Assembly: GCA_000004695.1 (NCBI GenBank)
Contig: CM000151.3
Coordinates: forward strand, 7,040,001 to 7,104,000
DNA: 64,000 nucleotides
Direction: 5' to 3'
DNA from: Dictyostelium discoideum
Lineage: Eukaryota
A program made the translations under genes and the position numbers. The notes under the pieces are model-generated. The model saw only the letters and a program-made list of their open reading frames with translations, did not search any database and was not told the origin of the DNA. Positions within the stretch are counted from its first letter, which is position 1; the number at the start of each line of letters is the position of its first letter. This document shows, piece after piece, positions 1-12,703 of this stretch.

Positions 1-243
1 ATGACAAAAATTAAAATTGGTCAATGCCATTGGAAAATGATTTTTTTTTTTTTTTTTTTTTTTTATATATCTATTGTTTGTGAATGTAAATGAAGAAATT
101 ATTAAATAACAGTTACCAATTTCAAATCAAATTGGTATTCAGAATTTGGTTATTTTCCATTTTTTTATTTTAATTTATTTTAAAATAATCTAAAACAATA
201 AAAAAAAAAAAAAAAAAAAAAATTTTTCTGTTTTTAAATTATC

Positions 244-279
<36 letters not shown>

Positions 280-400
280 AAAATAATTAAAAATAATATT
301 AAGAAAATTAAGGATTTAATATGTTTTTGAAAAAAGAAAAAAAATGGGTGGAGTGAATCTTTTTTGATTGAAAAATTATTATTATTCGAAATTAATAATT

Positions 401-1141
401 TTAGAGGGTTTTTGGAAATCTTTTAAGTAATGATTTTAATTTTGGTTGAGATATAATAGGAGAATTTAAACAAATACTTGGTAATTGGAAGTTTGATGAA
501 TCAGCAGATGGTTCGTAATAGTAAAAGTTGGTTAATGAATTACCACTTGGTGTGCCATTAGTATTTTGAGCAGATGCAGAGATCAATGAACAATCGGATT
601 TATCAACAAAGAGATATTGATTTGTACTGTTACCCAAAATGCTTGGATACATAAACAAATCACATTCGACTGAACCTATTTCAGCATCACTAACATACTT
701 TAAATTTTCAAAGACTGGAACAGAGTATGTTAATGTCTCTAAGAAACAATATTCATTTCCGTTTAATTCAATATTAACATATTGAGTATTATTTCCATTG
801 AAACCCCAAAGTTTACCTTTAGTTACAGAGTTTTCAGTATCCATTTCAAAATCAACATACAATTGTCCACCAACAAAATCAATATCAACTGTACCAGATT
901 CCATATAAGAAGTTTGAGTAATGTCTCCGTTTGAAGTTGGAGTATTTGCATTAAAAGCTATTTGGACAAATGAAGTTGAATAACCAGTTGGAAAGTTAGA
1001 ACTTGATGTAAAACATTGTTGTTGGCCAACTTTATTTTCAAGTTTCGAATAATCAACATTATTATTTACACCCAATTTAAGGGATTCACCACAATTGAAT
1101 GCAATTGTAAATAATAAAATTAAAGATAATAATAATTTCAT
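401..1141 (-). CDS. Secreted hypothetical protein, paralog 1 (246 aa). Signal peptide MKLLLSLILLFTIAFNC; Cys- and Asn-rich with several N-x-S/T sequons.
   Basis: Uninterrupted ORF with A-rich context before the ATG. Near-identical to paralog 2; variation concentrates in the last ~20 codons. Confidence 0.6.
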   Translation of the reverse strand: MKLLLSLILLFTIAFNCGESLKLGVNNNVDYSKLENKVGQQQCFTSSSNFPTGYSTSFVQIAFNANTPTSNGDITQTSYMESGTVDIDFVGGQLYVDFEMDTENSVTKGKLWGFNGNNTQYVNIELNGNEYCFLETLTYSVPVFENLKYVSDAEIGSVECDLFMYPSILGNSTNQYLFVDKSDCSLISASAQNTNGTPSGNSLTNFYYYEPSADSSNFQLPSICLNSPIISQPKLKSLLKRFPKTL

Positions 1142-1686
1142 TTTAATGATTTTTTAATTTTTTTAATTATTTGTTTTGGGAAATATATTTTTTAATTATA
1201 TGTTTTGTAAATATTGATTGATTTTAATAATTTAATTTTTTTTTTTTTTTAATTTATACAAAAATTTTATTAATTATTTGTTTTTATTTTATTATTTTTT
1301 TCATTTTTTTTTTTTTGTTTTTTACTTTAATTTTCAGTTTTCATTTGAAAATCGCAAAACTAAAACGATTTTTCTTTAGAATTAACCAGATCCGGTTGTG
1401 ATTTGAAATTTTAAATAAATTAAATGATAATTAGGTTACAACATAAAATCATAAATATCACAACATTACATCTTTTTTCAAACAAGATTTTATTATTTTT
1501 TTTTTTTTAAAAAATAAATTAAATGAAACAACACAAATTTCAGTTTTTTTTTTTTTTTTTTTAAAAATTATTTTTTTATTCTTTTTTTTAATTTAAAATC
1601 TTTGGTCGGTCCATTTTTAATAAATAAGTTTTTTTTTTATGATTCGTTCTTTAAATAAATTTTCAAATGGTTTTTTTTTTTTTTTT

Positions 1687-1946
1687 TTAATAGTTTACAA
1701 AGTTTGGTCTTGTAAAGAATGTTGTTGAACTCTTATTTGAAACAGTATTACATGTTAAATCGAATGAATTTAAATTAGAATCATTTGATAATAATGATTT
1801 TGATGATGAAACATTTGATGATTTATTTGATAATGAAATAATTGATTCTAAAAATAAATAAAAATAATAATTAATTAGTAATTTGTTTTTTAATTTTTAC
1901 TTTTTTTTTTTTTTTTTTTTTTAAAAAAATACATACTGAATAACAT
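1687..1946 (-). CDS. Small-family gene A. Exon 1 1937..1946 (ATGTTATTCA), intron with GTATGT donor, exon 2 1687..1847. Product MLFKSIISLSNKSSNVSSSKSLLSNDSNLNSFDLTCNTVSNKSSTTFFTRPNFVNY.
   Basis: Hand-derived splice with frame check. Conserved 10-nt exon 1 and conserved C-terminal FFTRPNFVNY. Conserved promoter module at 1950-2250 on the minus strand. Confidence 0.6.
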
Positions 1947-2852
1947 TTTTTTTTTTATAGGTTTATTTAAATAATTTTATTTTTTTATATTAATAATTAA
2001 TTTTTATTTTGGAATAAATGAAAAAAAAAAAATTCTATTTATACTTTTTTTTTTTTTTTTTTATATCACCACCAAATAATTACCCCATTTTTAACCACAA
2101 CCAAACACTAAAACAAAAGATAATTATTTTTTATTTTGTAAAAATTTATATGTTGACATACAAGTAAAATAATAAAGGAAATAAAATTTAATCAAGGAGT
2201 ATGATACTAACAAGCATAAGATTATGATTTTATTATCTTTTGATTTTAAAACTATATGTTTTTTAAATTTAATATATTTTTTATTTTTTATTTACATATT
2301 AAAAAAATATGATTCTATCATCATTGTTAAATTGATTTTATAAAATAATTGTAAACATCATATGAATCATTAAAGCCATCATTTTTACCTTAATTATTTA
2401 ATTTTTAAGATGATAAAAATTAAAATTCGTCATTATCATTGGAAAACAATTTTTTTTTTTATTTTTTTTTTATTTTTTTTTTTATTTCTTTTTTAATCTC
2501 TGTGATTGTTCGTGATTATAAATGAGGAGATTTTAAAAAACATCATTTTGTATATTAATGAGTTTATTCGACCACCCAAACACCTTTTTTTTTTTAAAAA
2601 AAAAATTTTCATTGGTTTCTATAAAAGTAATGTAAAAATTAACAAAAATATATTAAATAAACAAATGCACTAATCTAATTTTAAATTTAAAAAAAGTGAA
2701 AGTAGTAAAAAAAAAAATATATTTTTAATTTTTTATTTTTAGAAAATTTATATATATATTTTTAAAGATTGTTTTTAAAAAAAAAAGAAAAAAATGGAAT
2801 GAGTGAATCTTTTTTTGATAATTAAAATTATTATTATTCGAAATTAACACTT

Positions 2853-3593
2853 TTAGTTAATTTTTGGAATTTTGTTAAGTAATGATTTTAATTTTGGTTG
2901 AGATAAACTAATATGAGAATTTAAGCAAATACTTGGTAATTGGAAGTTTGATGAATCAGCAGATGGTTGGTAATAGTAAAAGTTGGTTAATGAATTACCA
3001 CTTGGTGTGCCATTAGCATTTTGAGCAGATGCCGAGATTAATGAACAATCAGATTTATCAACAAAGAGATATTGATTTGTACTGTTACCTAAAATGCTTG
3101 GATACATAAACAAATCACATTCGACTGAACCTATTTCAGCATCACTAACATACTTTAAATTTTCAAAGATTGGAACAGAGTATGTCAATGTCTCTAAGAA
3201 ACAATATTCATTTCCGTTTAATTCAATATTAACATATTGAGTATTATTTCCATTGAAACCCCAAAGTTTACCTTTAGTTACAGAGTTTTCAGTATCCATT
3301 TCAAAATCAACATACAATTGTCCACCTACAAAATCAATATCAACTGTACCAGATTCCATATAAGATGTTTGAGTAATGTCTCCGTTTGAAGTTGGAGTAT
3401 TTGCATTAAATCCTATTTGAACAAATGAAGTAGAATAACCAGTTGGAAAGTTAGAACTTGATGTAAAACATTGTTGGCCAACTTTATTTTCAAGTTTCGA
3501 AAAATCAACATTATTATTTACACCCAATTTAAGGGATTCACCACAATTGAATGCAATTGTAAAAATTAAAATTAAAGATAATAATAATTTCAT
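2853..3593 (-). CDS. Secreted hypothetical protein, paralog 2 (246 aa).
   Basis: ORF about 98% identical to 401..1141. The C-terminal tail diverges with an in-frame 3-nt indel. Confidence 0.6.
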   Translation of the reverse strand: MKLLLSLILIFTIAFNCGESLKLGVNNNVDFSKLENKVGQQCFTSSSNFPTGYSTSFVQIGFNANTPTSNGDITQTSYMESGTVDIDFVGGQLYVDFEMDTENSVTKGKLWGFNGNNTQYVNIELNGNEYCFLETLTYSVPIFENLKYVSDAEIGSVECDLFMYPSILGNSTNQYLFVDKSDCSLISASAQNANGTPSGNSLTNFYYYQPSADSSNFQLPSICLNSHISLSQPKLKSLLNKIPKIN

Positions 3594-4160
3594 TTAAATG
3601 GTTTATTAATTTTTTTTAATTATTTGTTTTGTAAATTTATTTTTTTTTATTTATTGATTTTAATAATTTAATACTATTTTTTTTTTTTTTTTTTTAATTT
3701 ATACAAAAATTTTTTTAATTATTTGTTTTATAATTAATTGTTTTTTTTTTTGTTTTTTTTACTTTAATTTTCAGTTTTCATTTAAGAATAGAAAAACTTA
3801 AATGATTTTTCTTTAGAATTAATCATCACCATTTGTGATTTGAAATTTTTCAAACACATATTTTTTTTTTTTTATTTTGAAAATAGATATTTTTAGATCT
3901 TTGGTCTAAAAAAATAAGTTGAATAAAAAAGCATAAAACAAATTGCTATGATAAGGTTACAAAATAAAAAACCTTAAAATCCACGTCATTATGTTTTTTT
4001 TAATAATAAAGTAAAACAAAATTACAATTAAAATTTTTTTTAAAAATAATTTTTTTTATTCTTTTTTTATTTTATATATATGGTCGGCCCTTAAATAAAT
4101 AATTTTGGTTAAATGATTCGTCCTTTAATTAATTTTGTGGTTGTTTTTTTTTTTTTTTTT

Positions 4161-4284
4161 TTAATAATTTACAAAGTTTGGTCTTGTAAAGAATGTTGTT
4201 GAACTCTTATTTGATACAGTATTACATGTTAATTGGAATGAATTTAAATAAGAATGATTTGAACATAATGATTTAGATGATACA
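4161..4284 (-). CDS. Small-family gene B, partial. The 3' part of exon 2 ends …SSTTFFTRPNFVNY; the rest runs into the N gap.
   Basis: Track ORF 4161..4490 has a family C-terminus. Duplicate of gene A. Confidence 0.5.
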
Positions 4285-4384
4285 NNNNNNNNNNNNNNNN
4301 NNNNNNNNNNNNNNNNNNNNNNNNNNNNNNNNNNNNNNNNNNNNNNNNNNNNNNNNNNNNNNNNNNNNNNNNNNNNNNNNNNNN
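4285..4384. other. Assembly gap (100 N).
   Basis: Run of n. Confidence 1.
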
Positions 4385-4394
4385 AATTATTTAG

Positions 4395-4546
4395 AATCAT
4401 TAATTTCATTTTCATTAAAATCATCTTCAAAATGTGATTCATTGATCTCAGATAATTTAAATAACCCATCCAACCAATCAAATGATACAATTGTTATGAA
4501 GAGTACATCATCTTTTTTTACAAGACCAAACTTTGTAAATTATTAA
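4395..4546 (+). CDS. Small-family gene C, exon 2 only; exon 1 lost in the gap. …KSLISFSLKSSSKCDSLISDNLNNPSNQSNDTIVMKSTSSFFTRPNFVNY.
   Basis: Acceptor ttag at 4391-4394 followed by the AATCATTAATTTC exon-2 start. Track ORF 4277..4546. Confidence 0.55.
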
Positions 4547-5092
4547 AAAAAGAAAAAAAAAATAATTAATGTACGAACTTTTTTTAAAAATTAAATTCTT
4601 TGGGCGACATTTTTAGTAAATTAAATAACCGAATTAAATTTATAAAAAAATAAAAAATACTTTTTAAATTAAAATACACTTTTTTTGAAATTAACCAATT
4701 TCATTTTTTTTAATCTTCTGTTGAATACTTTCCCTATTACTTCTTGATCAATAATTTTCAATTCACCAATTAATGGCAAATGGAAAAAATTAAATTGAAT
4801 AGCCTGAAATAACCTGTGTTTATTTTTTAAAAAATATTTGTTATTAATATTTTTTGTGTGTTGTTGGTGGTGTTTTGTTTAATTGAGATTTTTTAATTGA
4901 TTAGGGAACTAAAATTCTTTTAAATTGTTTGTTTACATAAACATTCCCATTCTTTTATACATGTTTAATTCATATATTCCTCATTAAAAAAATATTAATA
5001 AAAAAAAAAATAAAAAAAACTGATAGGAATAATTATTTTTTTTATATATACAATTTATCATTCGATTTTATTTTTTTTTTTTAAAATACTGA

Positions 5093-5343
5093 TTAAAAAT
5101 TAACAAAATTTGGTCTTGTAAAAAAAGAAGATGTTGAGTTTTTACTTGAAATACTATTTGAGTTTGGAATAATTTTTTTTTTATTTTCATTTAGGTATAA
5201 AAGAGAGGTTGTTGAATTAATTTTATATTCTAAAAAACACAATGAATCTAAAATTAATTTTGAAAATAATAAAGTTAATTAACTATTAATAAACAATAAA
5301 TAAAATTAAAAAAATTAATATTGAAAAACTTACTAAGTAACAT
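5093..5343 (-). CDS. Small-family gene D. Exon 1 5334..5343 (ATGTTACTTA, GTAAGT donor), exon 2 5093..5247. MLLNSLCFLEYKINSTTSLLYLNENKKKIIPNSNSISSKNSTSSFFTRPNFVNF.
   Basis: Hand-derived frame is consistent. Diverged member. Confidence 0.45.
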
Positions 5344-6442
5344 TTTTAGTTTTATAAATTTATGGTAAAGTTTATTTTTTAATATTTTATTTTTAGTAAC
5401 TTTGTTGAGAATGATAATTAAATTTTACCAAAAAAAAATTAATTTATACATTTTTATTTTAATTGCAAATCATTTAAAAACAACATATAAAAGTTTTAAA
5501 AAATTTTGTAAATTAATTGTGTTGACAACAATTACTAGTTTTAAAAACAATTTAATAAAAAAAAATTTTTTAGTCCTATCCTGATATTAAAAGACACTTC
5601 TAAATTTTAAAAATAGAATTAAAATTACCATTGTAAAAATAAATTATTCAGTTTCTAAGGTTGTTCAAATTATTACTCTTTTTTTATTTGGTGTGGTATG
5701 TGTTGGTGATAATAAAAATAAATAAAAATAAATAAAAATAAATAAAAATAAATTTTAAAATTAAAAATAAAAAACAATCAAACGAATAATATTAATTATT
5801 TATTAACAAACATTTACTATGTTGATTTTTTTATTAATTTCAAATATAAATGTGATTAATGTGGTGATTTATTTTTAACAATATAATGGTAATATAAAAA
5901 TAATAAAAATAATAAAAAAAATAAAAAAATAATAACATTATACGATTCCTAAAAATAAGTACATAAATAAGATAAAAAAAAAAACCAATTTAACATTTTT
6001 TAATTGAATTATAAATTAAAAAGGTATAAAATGAAATTACCTTTAATGATTTGATATAATATAGTTTTGAAAGAAACTATTTTTAGAAAAAATTATTTCA
6101 AATCTCTTCTTTTAAAAGTGGGGTGTTGAAAACATATATCTTTTCTTCACTAAAAAGTTAATTCTGTATGGCGACAACAATTTTTTATTCAATTTTTTTA
6201 CTGTTATATATGATTTCACCAGTTTTATATATATATGTACAAAAAAGTAAAGTGGTTATGGTGTTTTAAAAAAATCAAATAATTTAAAATTAATCGAATT
6301 AAAAAAAATAAAAAAAAAATAAAAAAAAAAAAAGTATAAATAGTTTTTTTAATTATATTAAAATAAAACAAAACAATTAGAAAAAACTAAAAAAAAAAAC
6401 GAAACTATTAAACAAATCTAAAATTTGAAAATATAAATAAAA

Positions 6443-6688
6443 ATGTTATTTAGTAGGTATTAAAATATAATGAAAGATAATATTAGATAAAATAAAGTTA
6501 TTAATTTTTTTTTATTTTTTTTTTTTTTAGAATCTATTATAACAATCTCAAAAAAAATTAATATCACATCAAATAAAAAGACCAATATTGAATTAAATAA
6601 TAATCATTCAATAGAAAATACCAATAATATAATTACTTTAAAGAGTACATCATCATATTTTACAAGACCAAATTTTATAAATTATTAA
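6443..6688 (+). CDS. Small-family gene E. Exon 1 6443..6452 (ATGTTATTTA, GTAGGT donor), exon 2 6531..6688. MLFKSIITISKKINITSNKKTNIELNNNHSIENTNNIITLKSTSSYFTRPNFINY.
   Basis: Splice and frame verified by hand. Confidence 0.55.
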
Positions 6689-6885
6689 AATCTTGTTAAA
6701 TATATTTAAATAATTAAAAACAAATAATAAATCTTGGGCGACTTTAAATTACAATAAAAATAATCGAATTTATATATATGTATATATTTTATTTATTTAT
6801 TATGAATTACAATGGTTTTTTTTTTTTTTTTATTAATTTATTTTTTTTTTTTTTTTTTTTTTTTTCCTAATAATTTTATTTGATT

Positions 6886-9800
6886 TTAAATTTGTTGAAC
6901 ATAATTTGAAGGTAACATACCAATTTGTTTAGTTCTAACTAATTCACCTTGCCACCAATCAGCATCTACTTTTTTAATTAAATTGATGACATCATTTTCT
7001 TTGAAAGTTAATTCATCTGGTTGCATAGCGTCGTACTCGTAAAGAGCGATATATTGTTGAGGTGGTGGAGCTGCTGGTTTCTTCATTGGAGTTGGTTGTG
7101 GTTTTGCGATTGGTTTCATCATTGGTTGACCTGCTGGTTTTTTCATCATTGGAGTTGGTGCACCTGCTGGAGCTGGACCACCTGGAGCGGTTGGAGCTGG
7201 TTTCTTCATCATTGGGGCACCAGTTGGTGATGGTAATGGTTTAGAAACTCCGCCTGCTGGTTTCATAATTGCAGAACCACCTGGAGCTGGACCACCTGGA
7301 ACTGGTGCTGGTTTTTTCATCATTGGAGCACCACCTGGAGCTGGTGCTGGTTTTTTCATCATTGGAGCGCCACCTGGAGCAGTTGGTGCTGGTTTTTTCA
7401 TGACTGGTGGACCTGATGGTGGAGCAGCTGGTGCTGGTTTCTTCATAATTACAGAACCACCAGATGGTTTAGCTACCATTGGTTTAGCGACTGGTTTAGC
7501 AATTGGTTTTGAAGGAGTTGAAACTTGACTTGGATTTTTTCTAACTTTGGCAACGGTAGTTGAAGCTGGTAAACCTGAAGCAATATGGAATTGATTCTTT
7601 TTGAGGAAGATTTCTTTATGCATTTCATCCTTTAAAAAGGTAACGGTATTATTACTACCCTTCTTTTTAAAGTATTGAATTGATTGACCGAAATTAACAG
7701 CCAAAGTTGTACCTTTTTGTTTGTTGATTAATGCAACCAATTCAGTCTTAAACTCAGTTGTCACTGCGACATCGAATTGAGTTGATGTATGAATTACAAG
7801 TAAATTATCAGCTAATGAAGAGAGAGAAAAAGAGGTTACCTCAGCCAATGGAACACGTCTATCCAATAGATAGGTAGCTAAATTCTTCTTTTGTTTCAAT
7901 TTAATTAAATAGATGGCTTGTTTAGTTACAATGAGGAATCTTGGTGATAATTTATTAGCGGATAAAATTGGGTGTACCATGACTTGAGATTTTGAAGAAA
8001 AGATAACATCTTCATTACGACCCTCTGCCATTGCATCCAAGAAATAAGATTGTGAACGAACGTCTAAATAGTCACCAAAGTATTTTCTAACGCTAATCAT
8101 AGAGAAACGATTTCTCTCTTTACGACCTTGGAATAATTGTTCATTTTGCATACGAAGATCAAAGAAAGGAGAAGCTTGTTTCCAAGCTCTAAAGTAACCT
8201 TGAATGGTTTGAGCACAACGTTGACGATAGAGTTTATAATTTCTAAAGGCATTCTTGATACGATTGGAACATTCGAATTGGAAAGCTTTATAGTTTCTAT
8301 AGGCATTCTTGATACGACTTGCCATATCATGCCAATAACGTTCACGAGTTTCTTCGAGAGAGAATAACATCTCTGGATAACGAATGAATATCTTGGTTTT
8401 ACCGATTTGATATTGAGTGTTATCAACATTTTGTGAGGCTAAAATGGCACGGCACGCAGAGAGAGCATCACCTTTCCAAATGTTATTACCAGCGTAACAA
8501 GTTTTATCAGAGAGGAGATAATATCTTTGGAAGAATCTATCAAAGGTTGCTCTGTAGGCAAAACCTGCTCTTCTAACTTTAATGTTATCCAATAGACCCA
8601 AATATTTAACTTGATGAAGTACACGACCACCTTCTAAAATATTTGGTTTTTTAAGATCATTTGGTTTGATGGTTCTAATGTAGTGAGGTGTTGATTTCAT
8701 TAAAGTGGCAACCAATTCTGCTGCTTGTGATTTAATTTTGAAACCAGCTGTTGATGGTAACTTTTTAGAGTCGGTATCGATGACATCTGGGAAAAGACCA
8801 ACCAAGAAATTGTTTGCTGACATTTGAAGAATCTCCAAATGATCTTTGAGAAGAGTATCTTTATTCTTTTCAATCATACCTGGACCTTCATAAACTACAT
8901 CACCTGCATAATGTTTAACACAGAATGCATTACCACGAGTATCGAAATGTGGATTTGATTTACAAACGGCAATGGATTGAAGTAACTTTTGATCGGCACC
9001 TTCGGCTTGTGAATGAACTGCACGACAAACATCATCTAAAATACTGAAAATACCTGGTGGATTCTTACCTTCAATCAATTCACATACAATCTTATTATCA
9101 AAGAATGGAATTGGCTCCCATTTAATACCTTCACGAACATACTCTTCTTGTTCCATCTTTAATGTAAACTCGATGAAGATTTGTTGTAACTTTTCATTGA
9201 CATAGTTGATACAAAATTGTTCAAATCCATTTCTATCGAAAACTTCAAATCCATAAATATCCAATACACCAATCATTAAACCTTTTTGTGGATTATCCAT
9301 CTCCTTATTGATACGATCAACTAACCAATTGAATAAACGATCATAAATTGCTTTTGCTAATGCATCTCTACCTGCAATTGCTTGTGTCTTATTCAATGGT
9401 ACATTATATTGTGTACCTCTTTGATTACCATGTCTAGTTTCCATTTGTCTAAATTCTAATGCTGTTTTTAAAAAATGACTTGGTACATCTAATAATTGTG
9501 ATACAAAATCCAATACTAATATATAATAAATAAAAAAAAAAATAAAAAAAAAGTTAATATTTTATAAATTATTATTATTTTTATACTTAGGTATATCTAT
9601 ATTTTTATATAATTATTAAAATTTACCAGATGTATCAGCAATTGTAACTTTATCACCAGCTTGTTCTTTAAAATCAATATTACCAATCCAAAGGATAGCA
9701 GCTAATAATTTGAAGATTTGTTTTTGTTCATTTGCTGGAATACCAATAACATTCATAGCATTACGAGTGAGAGCAAATTCTTCAACATCATCAACACCAT

Positions 9801-10545
9801 CAATATCTAAAGTATCACCTTTGGTTAGATAAGCGAAATTCTCTGGACCATAGATACCAAACTCTTGTTGTTCTTGTGGAGTTGCACCTCTACAGAATTG
9901 ATAGAAAATGTGGAAATTACGTTCACCCTTCAATTGGAAAACTACACGAGATTTCTCCAAGAGGTAATTTGTGATTTTACCACCCTCTGGTTCATTTTTT
10001 TGATTGAATTGAATTTCAAAGTATTTACCGAAACGTGAAGAATTATTATTACGAAGAGTTTTAGCATTACCAAATGCTTCCAACAATGGATTAGTCTCTA
10101 AAATGATTGATTTAACATGTTCTACCTTTTGATTTGATGAACTACCTCTTTCACCACTAACATCTGCAATATATTGCATAATCTTTTTTGCTGCTTCAGT
10201 TTTACCTGCACCTGATTCACCTGAAATAATGACACATTGATTCTCCTTTTCGTTGATCATACTTCTGTAGGTTTGTTCTGCAACTGCAAATACATGTGGT
10301 GGTAATTCAATACGTGATTTACCAATATACTCTTGTAAAACTTCATCTGAATACATTCCATCTATAAATTTAAATGGATTCACTGAAATTAATACATCAC
10401 CAATATTTGTATAAATAATATCCTTTTCAAATCTTTTCTTTAAATTATCTAAAATTTGATCATTGGAAACTTTTGATAATAATGTCATATCATCTAAACC
10501 TTCATTTTTCATTTGATTTCCCCATTCTGGTTTTTGTTGTGCCAT
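6886..10545 (-). CDS. myoC: Long-tailed class I myosin heavy chain. Motor with P-loop GESGAGKT, Gly/Pro/Ala-rich tail, C-terminal SH3. Two exons: 9627..10545 and 6886..9515; 111-nt intron with GTAAAT donor and TATTAG acceptor. About 1180 aa.
   Basis: Motor motifs GESGAGKTE and LEAFGNAKT. Tail repeats [12 protein letters not shown]3 [24 protein letters not shown]…WWQGEL. Length fits myoC (~1181 aa). Symbol is tentative. Confidence 0.8.
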
Positions 10546-10811
10546 TTTCTTTTTTTTTCTTTTTTTTTCTTTTTTTTTTTTTTTAAAAAGGTTTTTTCTT
10601 TTTAAATTTTTTTTTTTTTTTTTTTTTTTCAATAATGTAATAAATAAATAAATTAAAAATACAAGGGTTTTTTTTTTTTTTTTTTTTTTTTTCAATTTTT
10701 AACTATTTAAAAATGAAACAAATGAATAAATAAATAAAATTATTGTTTATTTATTTTATATAAATATATATATATACAATAAATAATATCAATTTTTTTT
10801 TTCCATTATTG

Positions 10812-10850
<39 letters not shown>

Positions 10851-11389
10851 GAAAAATAAAAAACTTTCTGATGGCTCAGGAGAATTATTTGAAAAAATGG
10901 TCACCCAATTTTTTTTTTCATTTTTTTTTTTTTTTTTTTTTTTTTTGATTATTTTTTAGTTCAAAAAAAATAAAAAAAAATAAAAGTGATTGTGGATTAT
11001 ATTAAAAGAAATTCATATGGTTCGTTTACCTATATTTTTCAAATAATGTCAAAAGGAAAAAAAAAATATAAAAAAAAAAATAAAAAAATAAAAAAAAAAG
11101 GAAAATTATTATACAACAAATTGTTTTTTTTTTATTTATTATTAAATTACAGTTGAGAGATTATAAATAAATATATATAAATAATTTTTTTTTTTTTTTT
11201 TTTTTTAAGATTTTTTATCTCTTTTGTATTTTTTTTTTTTTTTTTTTTTGACAATTATTTGAGTTTTTCTTTTTTTGGATTTTTTTTTTTTTTCTGGATT
11301 TTTTTTTTTTTTTTTTTTTTTTTTTGGAAAACCAAAAATATTCAATTATTGATTTTTTTTTTTTTTGTTTTGTTTTGTTTTGTTTTTTT

Positions 11390-11879
11390 TTATTCATCAT
11401 CGTCATCAGCAACCATATCACTATGATCATGAGCTGTTGGTTTATAAGGTTTTTTGGATGCGGCTTCATCTTCATCTTCTTCATCGTCGTCATCATCAGC
11501 GAAATCTTCTTTGTTGATAGTTGCAGCCAAGGTAGCTTGTTTAATTAAATCTTTCATTGTTGATGATTTTGCTAAATGAGTGACAGTTTGTTTTTGATTA
11601 TTTGTGATGGTTGGATTAGCACCATTTTCAATTAATAATTCAAACATTGGGATACGGTCATACCAAACTGCTTTGTGAAGTGGTGTTTCACCTGCTTTAT
11701 TTTGAATATTTGTATTTGCACCTGTTTCTAATAAGCGTTTGGAAACATCAATATGTCCAAATGTTGCACTATAATGTAATGGTGTATTTCCTAATGCATC
11801 AACAATATTGGCATCAAATTGATTCTTTTGTTTTCTTTGTTCAAAAAATTCTTCAAACATACTTATATAATTTCTAAAT

Positions 11880-11926
<47 letters not shown>

Positions 11927-12039
11927 AATTAATAAATTAACTTTAAAAAAAAGGTAAAAAAATAAAGTTTTATAAAAATAAATTACTTTTTTGCTGCAGT
12001 GAAAAGAACTTCATCTTCAAAATAATCTTCTTCTGACAT
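11390..12039 (-). CDS. Ankyrin-repeat protein with acidic C-terminal tail. Main exon 11390..11861; probable 5' exon 11987..12039 (MSEEDYFEDEVLFTAAK, GTAATT donor).
   Basis: ANK motifs GNTPLHYSATFGH and GETPLHKAV. C-terminus DDDDDEEDEDE. The 5' exon is an inference. Confidence 0.55.
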
Positions 12040-12358
12040 TTTTTTTTTTTTATTATTTGTTTTTAATTAATAAATTCTCTTTGGGTAATAGGAGTGGAAA
12101 TTTTTGATAAGAATTTTGAAAAAAAAAAAAAATTGATCAATAAGTGATTTTTTTTTTTCACAAATTAAAATAAAAAAAAAAATAATAAAAAAAAAAATAA
12201 AAAAAAAATAAAAAAAATTAAAAAAAAAAAAAAAAAAAAAAAAAGAAAATGGGTTTTTTTTTTTTTTTTTTTCTAATTATTTGAATACAAATATTTATCA
12301 AGATTTTTGTCCATGATCATGTCCTTTGTTTTTTTTATTTCATTTTTATTATTTCTTT

Positions 12359-12398
<40 letters not shown>

Positions 12399-12665
12399 AT
12401 AACAAAAAATAAAAAAAATAAAAAAAATAAAAATAAAAAATGAAATTAAATAGAAAATAGAAAATAAAATAAAAAAGTAATAACTAAAATAAATAAAACA
12501 AATGGTTAATTGGAAAACAAAATAAAATTAAAAAATAAAAATAAAAATATAACACAAGAGTGCTTCATCAGAACTTTTTTATTTTATTTTTTTTAATTTT
12601 TTATAATTTTTTTCAAAAAAATTTTTTTTGATTTTTTTTTTCGTGTTAATCTCGACTGATTAAAT

Positions 12666-12703
<38 letters not shown>

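Larger units (their letters stand above)
1..4284. repeat. Tandem segmental duplication of two ~2.45-kb units (about 1..2407 and 2408..4284+). Each unit carries one secreted-protein gene and one small-family gene.
   Basis: Flanks are near-identical: 1-50 matches 2408-2457 (…ttaaaatt(g/c)gtcaatgccattggaaaa…); 401-1141 matches 2853-3593; 1687-1860 matches 4161-4265. Scattered indels, including a CAA codon expansion. Confidence 0.8.

Noticed and set aside
4161-4546. Track ORFs containing runs of X.
   Set aside because: They read through the 100-N gap. Only the parts outside the gap were kept, as partial exons of family genes.
7021-7244. Plus-strand ORFs (W/S-rich and L/V-rich) inside the myosin tail.
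   Set aside because: Antisense to the Gly/Pro/Ala-rich coding repeat of the myosin; a product of repeat composition.
8097-8630. Several short ORFs on both strands inside the myosin motor exon.
   Set aside because: They overlap a well-supported long CDS in other frames, and no independent signals support them.
9616-10695. Track ORF extended 5' of the myosin start with a poly-Lys leader ([13 protein letters not shown]…).
   Set aside because: The upstream part is translation of poly(T) tracts. The real start is the A-rich-context ATG at 10545 (MAQQKPEW…).
11215-11548. Lys-rich and Phe-rich ORFs.
   Set aside because: Translations of poly(A)/poly(T) tracts in intergenic DNA.
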